32,000 nt of DNA from an archaeon GW2011_AR10 (GTDB lineage: Archaea > Iainarchaeota > Iainarchaeia > Iainarchaeales > GW2011-AR10): positions 960,001 through 992,000 of the forward strand of contig CP010424.1 in NCBI GenBank assembly GCA_000830275.1. The letters are read 5' to 3'. This document shows positions 7,941-16,115 of this stretch, piece after piece. Every line of letters begins with the position of its first letter. The stretch's first letter is position 1. A program made the translations under genes and the position numbers. The notes beneath the pieces are model-generated. The model made no database searches. It worked only from the letters and a program-made list of their open reading frames with translations, and was not told where the DNA came from.

Positions 7941-8375
7941 CTACTTCTTTTTCCTGGATAAAAAGCCCTTCTTTTTTGGGTTTTTAAGCACTTTAATTTT
8001 TGCACCAATCTCACGCAGTTCCGCATCAACTTCCCCTATTTCTCTAGACAAACTATGCTTTGACAATTTTCCACGAGCAGAAAAATCATCCTTTAGGGCT
8101 TCAAGCCTTTTATCCAATGCTTTCTTCCCTTCTTCTAAAACTTTTTTGTATTCTTCAAGTGCTTTAATCTGTTTTCTCACTGAACCTTGGGCCCTATAGA
8201 GCTTCAGCCTCTTCAAAGCCTTCCGTCTTTTAAATGGCCTGGCAAGTTTTCTTCCAAGGCCGTTCCTGGTCTTGCCCCAGACCTTGCTCAATATGTTAAC
8301 TGTTTTTCCACCAAATTTTCTTCCAAGGCCTGGCACAATTAGTTTTCTGGCGAGTTTTCTTCCAAGGCCTGGCAT
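7941..8375 (-). CDS. basic coiled-coil protein with N-terminal GLGRK(L/F) repeats
   Basis: MPGLGRKLARKLIVPGLGRKFGGK...NGLGRKLARP. The DNA shows CTTCCAAGGCC three times between 8240 and 8370. The C-terminal half is heptad-like. Confidence 0.5.
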   Translation of the reverse strand: MPGLGRKLARKLIVPGLGRKFGGKTVNILSKVWGKTRNGLGRKLARPFKRRKALKRLKLYRAQGSVRKQIKALEEYKKVLEEGKKALDKRLEALKDDFSARGKLSKHSLSREIGEVDAELREIGAKIKVLKNPKKKGFLSRKKK

Positions 8376-8474
8376 AATTAGGTTACATCAGAGGTTGTAT
8401 AAAAACTTGATTGTAAGAGGAAAAAGAAAAAATGTTGTCCTAAAAAACGCGCTATTGGCCAGAAAAAGTTTCAC

Positions 8475-8846
8475 CTACATTGCATCAGGGTCAACTCCGA
8501 TTGCCCTGATGCTGCAAATCATTATTGGCTTTATCCCTTTCTTTTTTAATGCTGCAATAAGTTCATCTGATTCCGCGCCTGGATTCAGGATAACTTCTTT
8601 TACTTTTGCTTTCCTCAACTCAGGAATTAATGAAAGTGTTACAGTTGGAGGCAAATAAACACTAACTCTGTCCGGCTTTCCCGGCAAGTCAAGGATTGAT
8701 GCATAGCACTTCAACCCCTCAATTTCTTTTTCCTTCAAATTAACAGGAAAAACTTTCCAGCCCTTTTCCTTGTAAGCCCTAACAGCCTTGTTGCCGAACT
8801 TTTGCCTGTCAGCTGAAGCACCAATAACTGCAATTGTTTTCTGCAT
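8475..8846 (-). CDS. CoA-binding domain protein (YccU/YneT-like)
   Basis: IAVIGAS..RQKFGNKAVRAY...G..V.PVN pattern, about 120 aa, typical of the small CoA-binding family. Confidence 0.8.
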   Translation of the reverse strand: MQKTIAVIGASADRQKFGNKAVRAYKEKGWKVFPVNLKEKEIEGLKCYASILDLPGKPDRVSVYLPPTVTLSLIPELRKAKVKEVILNPGAESDELIAALKKKGIKPIMICSIRAIGVDPDAM

Positions 8847-8929
8847 TAGAAAAATCAGCTGATTCGTTGTTAAAAAATGGTTGGAAAAAAATTGGGAAAC
8901 TGGCTTTGCAGCCAGTTAATGTTAAGCAA

Positions 8930-9085
8930 TTATTTTTTTGACAGGTTATGGCTCTTAACGAATGCCCAAAGCTTTTTGGTCATCTCGCTTGGGGCAACTG
9001 GTGTTTTACCGAACACTTGCTCTAGTGTAGCGGTTTGACCCGAAAAATTAATTGAATAACCGCCAAATGCAGGTTTTTTTGCTAT
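8930..9085 (-). CDS. possible truncated SWIB/MDM2-like micro-ORF lacking a canonical start
   Basis: Hand translation: (I)AKKPAFGGYSINFSGQTATLEQVFGKTPVAPSEMTKKLWAFVKSHNLSKK*. The ...R/S.E..KKLWAY(F)IK.HNL pattern matches the first half of the SWIB domain. There is no in-frame ATG, GTG or TTG. GGAGGG lies 6 nt before an ATA codon. Confidence 0.25.
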   Translation of the reverse strand: MAKKPAFGGYSINFSGQTATLEQVFGKTPVAPSEMTKKLWAFVKSHNLSKK

Positions 9086-9164
9086 GAGAATCCCTCCTAA
9101 AGAATTTAATAAAACAAAAAAAGCTGGACAGAAATTTAAAGTAATATGTTGCCAACAAAAAAAA

Positions 9165-9680
9165 TTACTGAAATCTGCGTTTTTTTGTTGTTATTATAGG
9201 GGAATGCCTCAATATTTCCTGTTGAAGCTCTGCAGGGATTTTGTGCCATTCTATGTCAAGAAGGCCCGCATAACTCTCGTTCCATTTGTGAAGCTGTGGC
9301 GCTCGCTTCTCAAGATGGTCAGCCAGTTCAGCTATAAGTGACATAACATTGTAAGCAGCTTTTTTCAGCTCTTCGGGGGAAGGCACGCTAACTTCTCCAG
9401 AAAACTTCCGGTAGTACTTTTTCCTGAAGCCATTAATGATTTCATCTAAGTACTTTTTTACAAGCGTCGCTCTCTCCTTTTGCTCCTTGCTGAATATTTC
9501 CCCCCAGTGCTTTTCGCGAAATATATGCAGGTCAAGAGGAATTACTTCCCTGCTAGTGTCAATTTTGCTGCTGAAAGGCTTCTTGGTTTTTGCCTCAATC
9601 CATGACCTCAGAGACGGCCTTACTGCAGGCAAATGCCCTTTAGTGATTCTCCGCCTATGCTGTTTCACTGTAATCCCCAT
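9165..9680 (-). CDS. hypothetical protein
   Basis: Track ORF of 171 aa, helical, with basic N- and C-termini. The antisense ORFs 9084..9341 and 9436..9723 are rejected. Confidence 0.55.
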   Translation of the reverse strand: MGITVKQHRRRITKGHLPAVRPSLRSWIEAKTKKPFSSKIDTSREVIPLDLHIFREKHWGEIFSKEQKERATLVKKYLDEIINGFRKKYYRKFSGEVSVPSPEELKKAAYNVMSLIAELADHLEKRAPQLHKWNESYAGLLDIEWHKIPAELQQEILRHSPIITTKKRRFQ

Positions 9681-9756
9681 TGTAGCGATTTCTTTCGCTT
9701 GCGGGCAATCATATAGCAGTTAAAGCGCTAAAACAATTTAAATCTTGCCCAGAAAA

Positions 9757-9948
9757 TCATTCGTTTATTATTCGCTTGAATTTTTTTGGTTTGCGGGACT
9801 GCTTCTCATTGTAGCCTTCCAGGAAGCCTGCTTCCCCTGACTTAAGCTCGTCATCTTCAAGCAGTTCCTCAACGTTTCCTGAATCATAAACGCTGTCATC
9901 AAGTGAAGCCTCGTCCTTTATCTTCTTTTTCATCAACGCACCTCTCAA
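9757..9948 (-). CDS. small acidic hypothetical protein
   Basis: Track ORF of 63 aa. An alternative start is ATG at 9933. It has an acidic core and a basic tail. Confidence 0.4.
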   Translation of the reverse strand: MRGALMKKKIKDEASLDDSVYDSGNVEELLEDDELKSGEAGFLEGYNEKQSRKPKKFKRIINE

Positions 9949-10065
9949 TAAAATTATGTTCCGGGAAATAAAAAAACATTGGTTTGGTTTCCTAACAGGA
10001 AAGGCTTTTCTTCAATGAAAGCGTGAGTAGAATCCAATGAGTGAAAAAAAATAATGAAACAAAAA

Positions 10066-10120
10066 ATGCGGGACACGCCATACCAGCTCAACGGTAAAAT
10101 AGTTTTTTTTGGTCCCGCAT
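10066..10120 (-). terminator. hairpin plus T-run downstream of 10151..10393
   Basis: ATGCGGGAC (10066-10074) pairs with GTCCCGCAT (10112-10120). On the minus strand the hairpin is followed by TTTTTT. Confidence 0.35.
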
Positions 10121-10150
10121 TCACCCCTCTTCAATTTTGAAAACTTTTTC

Positions 10151-10393
10151 TCATAAAAGGAAAACCGCCAAAAAGTAAAGCACTAAAAGCAGGAACCCCT
10201 CATCTAGCCTAAAGTAGATTGCCAGAATTACAAGGCCCAGAATTGGAACAAAAATTATGTCCTTGAACTGCAGAACATAAATTCCAAAAAGCACTCCAAG
10301 AAAAAAAATCAGCAAAACAAAGCTCACGAACTTGTTTACAATAATTGGAATTGCCTTTTTTATCGCATCAATTATGCTGATGATAAAGCCCAT
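10151..10393 (-). CDS. small integral membrane protein (2-3 TM)
   Basis: Track ORF of 80 aa, almost entirely hydrophobic helices. Confidence 0.55.
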   Translation of the reverse strand: MGFIISIIDAIKKAIPIIVNKFVSFVLLIFFLGVLFGIYVLQFKDIIFVPILGLVILAIYFRLDEGFLLLVLYFLAVFLL

Positions 10394-10429
10394 AAAAAAA
10401 GACTTGCAGGCAATGCTTTAAAAGCCCTT

Positions 10430-10801
10430 TTAAGGGGTATTGAGCCTTTTAAAAGCATCCTCTACTGTCCTTTTGTTGACGTACTGCCTGTGGCTCCGAA
10501 AGCCCCCGCCAAAGCTCCTAGGAATATGAAGGAGTTCATGGATTATTGTCTTGGCTTTTTCTTCCTCGCTTTCTTTGCTGAACCTTTCCGATAAGAGTTC
10601 AATAGTGTAAAAGGAATTGCACTTCATGCCCAGCTGCATTACTTTCCCTAAAGTGTGGATTCTTGCAATTGTCCTCCTGGACTTGGAGCCGTTGCTCATA
10701 ACAACTGAAATCCTGTCAAGGTCAATATGTGTTAACCCGAGTTTAACCGCAATTTCTCTGGCCTTCAGCGTCCAGGTTTCATCGTGCCAGTAGCGCATCA
10801 C
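10430..10801 (-). CDS. predicted small Zn-metallopeptidase (HExxH; archaeal COG4900/SprT-like)
   Basis: HELLH motif followed by IPRSFGGGFRSH. The size (about 123 aa) and context fit the small archaeal putative metallopeptidase family. The family name is from memory. Confidence 0.65.
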   Translation of the reverse strand: MMRYWHDETWTLKAREIAVKLGLTHIDLDRISVVMSNGSKSRRTIARIHTLGKVMQLGMKCNSFYTIELLSERFSKESEEEKAKTIIHELLHIPRSFGGGFRSHRQYVNKRTVEDAFKRLNTP

Positions 10802-10857
10802 AAGAATATGGGGGGTTAAGTAAAAAAGGCTTGCACCGGCAACGAGGTTTCAAGAAG

Positions 10858-10864
10858 TTTAAAA
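10858..10864 (+). promoter_or_regulatory. TATA-like box (TTTAAAA) for a leaderless 10887 ORF
   Basis: It is centred about 26 nt upstream of the ATG at 10887, the classic archaeal TATA-to-start distance for leaderless mRNAs. Confidence 0.4.
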
Positions 10865-10886
10865 GTGCGCGCTCCGTTATAGTGTA

Positions 10887-11015
10887 ATGCACAAAATTCT
10901 TGGGCAGAACTCTTGCCAGGGCGAGCACTGCATGCGCTGTGGCTTTGAAGCTGAAACAGCAAATGGCAGCTGCACAAAGTGCGGTTACAGTGAAGGGTGC
11001 TGTGGCACAACTTAG
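10887..11015 (+). CDS. 42-aa zinc-ribbon micro-protein
   Basis: Below the track cutoff. Hand translation: MHKILGQNSCQGEHCMRCGFEAETANGSCTKCGYSEGCCGTT*. CxxC-x10-CxxC is a zinc-ribbon signature. The two listed antisense ORFs are Cys-rich mirror artefacts. Confidence 0.45.
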   Translation: MHKILGQNSCQGEHCMRCGFEAETANGSCTKCGYSEGCCGTT

Positions 11016-11051
11016 CACTCAGTTTTGCATTGCCCGAACCTCAAATAAGCC

Positions 11052-11354
11052 TTAGATTATGTTTTCAAACATTGCTTTTACTTCATCGCTTGCCATTGAA
11101 GGATTCCAGGGAGGATTGAAAGTTATTTCCACTCTTGCTTCCTTCACTCCTGGAACGTTTTCCACTGCCTTCTTCGCATCACTGAGAATTTTCGGGCCGT
11201 AAGGACATGCCGGGGTTGTTAAACTCATGCGAATTAATGCTTTCCCGTTATCCACTTTCAGCTCGTAAATCAAGCCCAAGTCAACAATGTTCAAGCCAAG
11301 TTCCGGGTCAATTATTCCCTTCAGCTTTTCCCTTATTTTTTCCTCTAAGCTCAT
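11052..11354 (-). CDS. DUF59/MIP18-family Fe-S cluster assembly protein (SufT/PaaD-like)
   Basis: IIDPELGLNIVDLGLIY ... LTTPACPYG motif; about 100 aa. Confidence 0.8.
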   Translation of the reverse strand: MSLEEKIREKLKGIIDPELGLNIVDLGLIYELKVDNGKALIRMSLTTPACPYGPKILSDAKKAVENVPGVKEARVEITFNPPWNPSMASDEVKAMFENII

Positions 11355-11460
11355 GCTTTCACTAATAGATTGGCGAAAAATGCTTTTTAAGTCTTCTCAA
11401 TCGACAATTGCAGAAAATCTAAAGCAAAACAATTTAATTCAGAAAAGCGTTTTTGTATTT

Positions 11461-12048
11461 ATGCCAATTAAAAGAAAATTCTGGTTTATTGGAGGGCCGG
11501 AAAGAGGAAAATTAAATGTTAGGGTTTTGATTAGCGGAAAAAGAGAGGTTGTTTTTGCTTATAAAAAAAGTAAAAGGGAAACAACAAACAACTTAATTCC
11601 TGGGGTTTACATTCCAACAAGGCAAGTTGAACTCCTTGTAAGGTTGGGGAAGTTGAAGTATGAATCGCCAATCGAACTGATTGATGACCTGCGTTCAAGA
11701 ATTTTTAAATTGGTTCCAACACATGGGCCGCCAATAGAGAAAAAAGATGTTGGAGAAGGATATTCTACTTATAGGCCGGTGAAGGCACTGCAAAATAAAA
11801 CAGGAGAATGCTTTGACAAAGCAGCGATTATTGTTGCAATTGCAAGAGCAAACGGCTTTAAGGCAAGAATTGTTGGAGGCAGTAATGCTAGGAGAGGCCC
11901 AATGAAGCTGAAAGCGCATTATTGGGCTGAAGTATTCAATGGAGGCGCGTGGGAGATGATTGATACTGTTAGGCCCAACATAATTTTTGATAAGAAAAAA
12001 ATTAATTGGAAAAAAGTGAGAGCCCAAGAAGAATTCAGTTTGAGTTAA
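11461..12048 (+). CDS. transglutaminase-like cysteine-protease-fold protein
   Basis: The Cys-His-Asp triad context is present: TGECFDKAAIIVAIARANG, HYWAEVF, WEMIDT. The track ORF was trimmed to the ATG at 11461 because the upstream part overlaps 11052..11354 antisense. Confidence 0.65.
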   Translation: MPIKRKFWFIGGPERGKLNVRVLISGKREVVFAYKKSKRETTNNLIPGVYIPTRQVELLVRLGKLKYESPIELIDDLRSRIFKLVPTHGPPIEKKDVGEGYSTYRPVKALQNKTGECFDKAAIIVAIARANGFKARIVGGSNARRGPMKLKAHYWAEVFNGGAWEMIDTVRPNIIFDKKKINWKKVRAQEEFSLS

Positions 12049-12132
12049 GGCAATCGCCTTGAATTCATTTTCTGAAGGCAAAACAATTATTAAACCACCG
12101 CGCATTAATGTTTAATTCTGGAGGGAAACATA

Positions 12133-12366
12133 GTGGCAAAATTCAAAATCGTTTATGATAGAAGCAACTGCATTTGCGCCGGGCCATGCGCTGCTGTTGC
12201 GCCGGAGCATTTCGAGATTGATCCAAGCGATGGCAAAGCAAACCTCAAGGGAGGAAAACAGGAAGGAGCCAACTGGGTTAAAGAAATTGATGATGACAGC
12301 ACTGCAAACCAGTCAGTTGATGTTTGCCCGGCAGCAGTTATTTCAGTCAAAAAAATACAGGATTAG
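12133..12366 (+). CDS. small ferredoxin (single-cluster, Pyrococcus-type)
   Basis: FKIVYDRSNCICAGPCAAVAPEHFEI...VDVCPAAVISV shows the Cx2xx2C...CP cluster pattern. GTG start. The overlapping frame 12155..12388 is rejected. Confidence 0.7.
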   Translation: MAKFKIVYDRSNCICAGPCAAVAPEHFEIDPSDGKANLKGGKQEGANWVKEIDDDSTANQSVDVCPAAVISVKKIQD

Positions 12367-12483
12367 AAGGTTGTTGAATATTTATTAATTTAATTATTGC
12401 CACTTCATAAATCAGGCGCCCTAAAAGCTTGTTGAATAACCTTATCGGATTCTTTTAATTTATTTGCCACCTAATTTTTTTGA

Positions 12484-13122
12484 ATGAATGAAGAAAAAGC
12501 CTGTTTTGCTGACAGGGAAAATTCCTTGGAAAGCTACAACATTTACTTGAAGAACTCCGGCTTCAACAAGACACTGGAAGAACTAGTTGAAAGCATCGCA
12601 AAAAGGAAGGTAACCCCAGTTGTCCTTGACATAGGCTGCGGCAACGCAGGAGCTTTGAATGAGCTGAAAAAGCTGTTTGGGGGGAAAGTAATTGTAAAGG
12701 GCATTGATTTAATGCCTGCAGAAAAAAAAATTGATGAATTCATTCAAGGAAGCATAATTGAAGAGCCACTGCCCCGGGAAAATGACTTGGTTGTTTCCTT
12801 CCGAGTGCTGCATGAAGTTGGAAACATTGAGAAGGCGCTTTCAAAAATCGCTGAATGCCTTGCTCCGTTAGGGAAAGCTGTTTTAAGCATCCGCTGCCAG
12901 GGCTTTGAAGGCAACAAGGTTAAGTTCCTTGGCAGGATGACAAACCAGGACCTAGAATTCCTGCAGAAAATCACTAAAGAAAAGAGATTTAATGGAGTAA
13001 AAGTGAAGGGCAAAGAAGCCAGGATTTCAATGACTGGACTTTTCTTTGACCAAAAAACAAAAAATAGCGCTCCCGGGAAACTCGGTTTTGTTTCCGGTTT
13101 TGGGGTTTTACTTGAAAAATAG
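12484..13122 (+). CDS. class I SAM-dependent methyltransferase
   Basis: Motif I is VLDIGCGNAGAL, followed by an acidic post-I residue (GIDL). Confidence 0.8.
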   Translation: MNEEKACFADRENSLESYNIYLKNSGFNKTLEELVESIAKRKVTPVVLDIGCGNAGALNELKKLFGGKVIVKGIDLMPAEKKIDEFIQGSIIEEPLPRENDLVVSFRVLHEVGNIEKALSKIAECLAPLGKAVLSIRCQGFEGNKVKFLGRMTNQDLEFLQKITKEKRFNGVKVKGKEARISMTGLFFDQKTKNSAPGKLGFVSGFGVLLEK

Positions 13123-13201
13123 TTTTCGCTTGGGCCAATTTAGCAGCACCATTTTTGCAAAAAAAATTTAAAGCCAAAACACGTAATGATATATCAAAAG
13201 C

Positions 13202-13477
13202 ATGCCACTGAAAAAAAGAACAGAAAGAAGGGAGGGTCCTGAAAGGCGGTTAAAGAATCGAAGAGCGGGAAAAGAAGTCAAAATAAACAGCCGAGCTTTC
13301 GGTAAAATTTTTTTTGGCTTAGATGAAAATGCTGCTGGAAGCCTCAAAAAACAGGGGAGAACCCCTTTAGGAAAACATTCAACTTTCCATACAGGGCATC
13401 CCTCAAAAAACCTTGTATTTCCTGACTTGAGGGCTAAAGAACACAGAGCCGGGCAAAGGCGGAAAAAGCTGAAATAA
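13202..13477 (+). CDS. very basic hypothetical protein (doubtful)
   Basis: Track ORF of 91 aa filling a 350-bp gap between convergent genes. Low-complexity, Arg/Lys-rich. Confidence 0.3.
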   Translation: MPLKKRTERREGPERRLKNRRAGKEVKINSRAFGKIFFGLDENAAGSLKKQGRTPLGKHSTFHTGHPSKNLVFPDLRAKEHRAGQRRKKLK

Positions 13478-13479
13478 AA

Positions 13480-14205
13480 CTATTTTTGCTGGGAAAAAAC
13501 CAGCAGCCTCTTTGTTGAGTGCGTTAACTGCCTTGCTCCGTTGCCTGTAATCAAACAATCATCCTCTATTCTTATGCCAAATTTCCCGACAAAATAAATG
13601 CCGGGCTCAACAGTAATTATTTGGCCTTCCCTAAGCTTGTTTTTTCCTTTTTTGCCTTTCTTCAAAAATGGTTTTGTGTGAATGTATTTGCCTAAGCCGT
13701 GCCCCAAGCCATGTGGAAAAAACTTGGCATGCCTGCCTAGTGCCCTCTCAGCTATGCTTCTTGCTTCTGCTCCACTCAACTCAGGCCTGATGCTTTTAAT
13801 TGCCGTTCCCTGAACAGACAAAACCTTTTGATAAAGGGCCCTTTCTTTTTTAGAGGGCTTGCCAAAATACACCGTTCTGGTTAAATCCGAGCAGTAACCG
13901 TTGAATTTTGCGCCAAAATCAATTATGCAGAAGCCTTTCTCCAAAGGCTTGTTCCTAGCAAAGCAGTGTGGCACAGAACTCCAGCTGCCTGACCCCACAA
14001 TAGTGCGGAACGCGGGCTTTGCCCCGTAACTCGCAAGCCGCTGCTTTATGAACCCCGCCACAGCTAACTCCGTTGAAAAAGCCCTTTTCCTAAGCACCCT
14101 TACAGTTTCAGCAAAAACTAGGTCTGCAATGCCGCATGCTCTTTTGATGTTCTCCAGCTTGGTGTTTTGGGGCATTCCAGAAACCAATTTGAACCGAAAA
14201 AGCAT
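13480..14205 (-). CDS. M24-family Xaa-Pro aminopeptidase/prolidase (catalytic domain only)
   Basis: Pita-bread fold metal-ligand motifs are present: IIDFGAKFNGYCSDLTRT, HGLGHGLG, EPGIY, IRIED. The likely true start is the ATG at 14175 (MPQNTK), with TTTAAAT at 14207-14213 acting as the TATA box. Confidence 0.8.
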   Translation of the reverse strand: MLFRFKLVSGMPQNTKLENIKRACGIADLVFAETVRVLRKRAFSTELAVAGFIKQRLASYGAKPAFRTIVGSGSWSSVPHCFARNKPLEKGFCIIDFGAKFNGYCSDLTRTVYFGKPSKKERALYQKVLSVQGTAIKSIRPELSGAEARSIAERALGRHAKFFPHGLGHGLGKYIHTKPFLKKGKKGKNKLREGQIITVEPGIYFVGKFGIRIEDDCLITGNGARQLTHSTKRLLVFSQQK

Positions 14206-14450
14206 TTAAATGGAACGGAGCATGGAACTCTGGAACGGCCTAGAGAGCAAAACCCAAAAACTAGTTATGTAGAAGTAGTTTACTGCCTTTCCTAAGGGCT
14301 CTAAAGGAAAATCGAACAAAAGAGCGGATCAAATTCAAATCAAAAGTTGAATCTTTAAATAAAAAATTTAATTTCTTCTCCAGAATTTATGGAAAAGCAT
14401 CTAAAGTGGTGGGGCTGCCTCTTTTAGCTGCTGGCTAACTCCCCATCCAA

Positions 14451-14481
14451 CCCAAAAAACAAGCGTTTGCTCTAAAACCAG
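14451..14481. repeat. 31-bp perfect inverted-repeat copy A (partner at 21583-21613)
   Basis: CCCAAAAAACAAGCGTTTGCTCTAAAACCAG is the exact reverse complement of 21583-21613. Confidence 0.85.
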
Positions 14482-14974
14482 CTAAAAAAATTAGTGAACA
14501 CCGGCTTTTTAGAGCCAAAAACAATGGAAGCCCAACAGAAAAGCCGCTAGCCGCAAAAATTAGCCAGAAAAAAGCGTTAGTTAAAAAACAAACCCCATAT
14601 AAAAAAGCCCCCCTTAAAACCTAACCAGATTTACTGATAAAATTGCTGTTTCGAACCATTTTCTGGCTTTAAGCCTAAATTAATGCGAAGGTTAGGGCTC
14701 GCAAGCCCAAAACCCCAAAAAACACCAAAAGGAAAACACTAAAAAAGTTTTAGAAAGGCTTTAAAAGTTTTATAAAAATTGTTATGTAGACGGCTTTTTT
14801 GGCACTGTTTTCCTTTTGCCTTAAACTGGCTTTGCCGCAGAAACCCACGCCACTTATGGATAACAGGTATGTGACATCCTCCCAACCCTAAAGGTTGGCT
14901 TCCCTTTAGGCTAACTTAAAAAAAACCAGCATTTTAAGCATAGCCCTTAAACCGGATTACAAATAAATACTTGA

Positions 14975-15340
14975 ATGGTTCTTTATTATGCGTGGTATTG
15001 GATGCCTGGCTTCACCGAACTTGTTATGTTGTTATTTGACTGGTTCATGCTTGCCGTAATCATGCTCCTCTCAATCCGCTCGATTATGAACATTTCGCCT
15101 TTCGTCAAAAAAACATTGGTAGGGCAAACCGTGTGGTATCTGCTTATTGCCTTCGGCTACAGCCTCATATGCGTTACAATCTTTACTTCTTGGGTTATTT
15201 GGTTCATTGGGGGCTTCTGGGCGCTAATAATTCTGTTTTTAACGTGGTTTATATTAGTGTACATTTTCTTCACTTACAAGAAGATCTCGGAAGCAATTGC
15301 CAGCGACTTGTTGAAACCAAAAACAAGCTTTAAAGCTTAA
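14975..15340 (+). CDS. integral membrane protein (about 4 TM), hypothetical
   Basis: Track ORF of 121 aa made of hydrophobic helices. Its 3' end overlaps the nadE stop by 11 nt (convergent). Confidence 0.55.
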   Translation: MVLYYAWYWMPGFTELVMLLFDWFMLAVIMLLSIRSIMNISPFVKKTLVGQTVWYLLIAFGYSLICVTIFTSWVIWFIGGFWALIILFLTWFILVYIFFTYKKISEAIASDLLKPKTSFKA

Positions 15341-16112
15341 TCACTGGCACTGGCTCACTTTTGTGCCTGTTTTTTTCCATTAATGCAACTATCCTGTTAA
15401 CCTTTTCTTCATCAAACCCTTTTTTCAGCGCAGCCTGCTTTCCTTTAACCACTAAAACCCTTAAAATCTGGTCAATTTCTGTATAATTGAGGCCTATTTC
15501 CCCTTCATCTGTCTGGCCTTTCCACAACTCCGCGGTGGGCGTTTTCTCTAAAATCGCTGAAGGCACGCCCCTGAATTTAGCCAGCTCCCTTACATCTGAC
15601 TTGAACAAGCCGCCTAAAGGAAAAACATCCGCGGCTCCGTCCCCAAATTTTGTAAAGTAACCAAGCAGCATTTCAGTCCTGTTACCGGTTCCAACCACAA
15701 CCGCGTTGTTTGAGTTGGCGAAATTATATAGAACCGCTGCTCTTGCCCTTGGCGCAAGGTTAGCTTGAGCTGTTGTGCTCTGCTTCCAAGGAAGCTTGCT
15801 GAAAGGCGCAACCAAGTCATTCACTGGAACAATGAAAGCACTAACCCCAAGGTCTCTTGCATAATTGAGCGCATCCTGAGTGTTTTTTTCAGAGGAAACC
15901 CCTTTAAGAGGCATAATTATGCAAGAAACATTGCCTTTCCCGATTGCTTCCGCTGTCAGCGAAACAGTTAGGGCCGAATCAATGCCGCCACTTAACCCAA
16001 CAACAGCCTTGCTGTTATTGGAATCCTTAAAAAATTTCTTTAGCCCCTTAACTAGTTTCACATTTAATTGCTGAACTGACTGCATCTTGCTATTCCGCCT
16101 TGAAAGATTCAA
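15330..16112 (-). CDS. nadE: NH3-dependent NAD+ synthetase
   Basis: PP-loop VVGLSGGIDSALT and overall NadE-like sequence (GTGNRTEMLLGYFTKFGDG). An alternative start is ATG at 16085. Confidence 0.85.
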   Translation of the reverse strand: MNLSRRNSKMQSVQQLNVKLVKGLKKFFKDSNNSKAVVGLSGGIDSALTVSLTAEAIGKGNVSCIIMPLKGVSSEKNTQDALNYARDLGVSAFIVPVNDLVAPFSKLPWKQSTTAQANLAPRARAAVLYNFANSNNAVVVGTGNRTEMLLGYFTKFGDGAADVFPLGGLFKSDVRELAKFRGVPSAILEKTPTAELWKGQTDEGEIGLNYTEIDQILRVLVVKGKQAALKKGFDEEKVNRIVALMEKNRHKSEPVPVIKL

Positions 16113-16115
16113 AAA

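Noticed and set aside
7651-8658. Plus-strand ORFs 7651..8199 (182 aa) and 8272..8658 (128 aa).
   Set aside because: They are antisense to the 7536-8846 minus-strand genes, which include a clear CoA-binding protein, and they have Phe/Ser/Leu-rich shadow composition.
10802-11051. Structured RNA gene (SRP or RNase P RNA) suggested by the GC-rich, hairpin-rich sequence.
   Set aside because: I could not find the conserved SRP helix-8 or RNase P CR-I/CR-V motifs. The region is too short, and a zinc-ribbon ORF with a correctly spaced TATA box explains the Cys/Gly codon-driven GC content. It should still be checked with Infernal.
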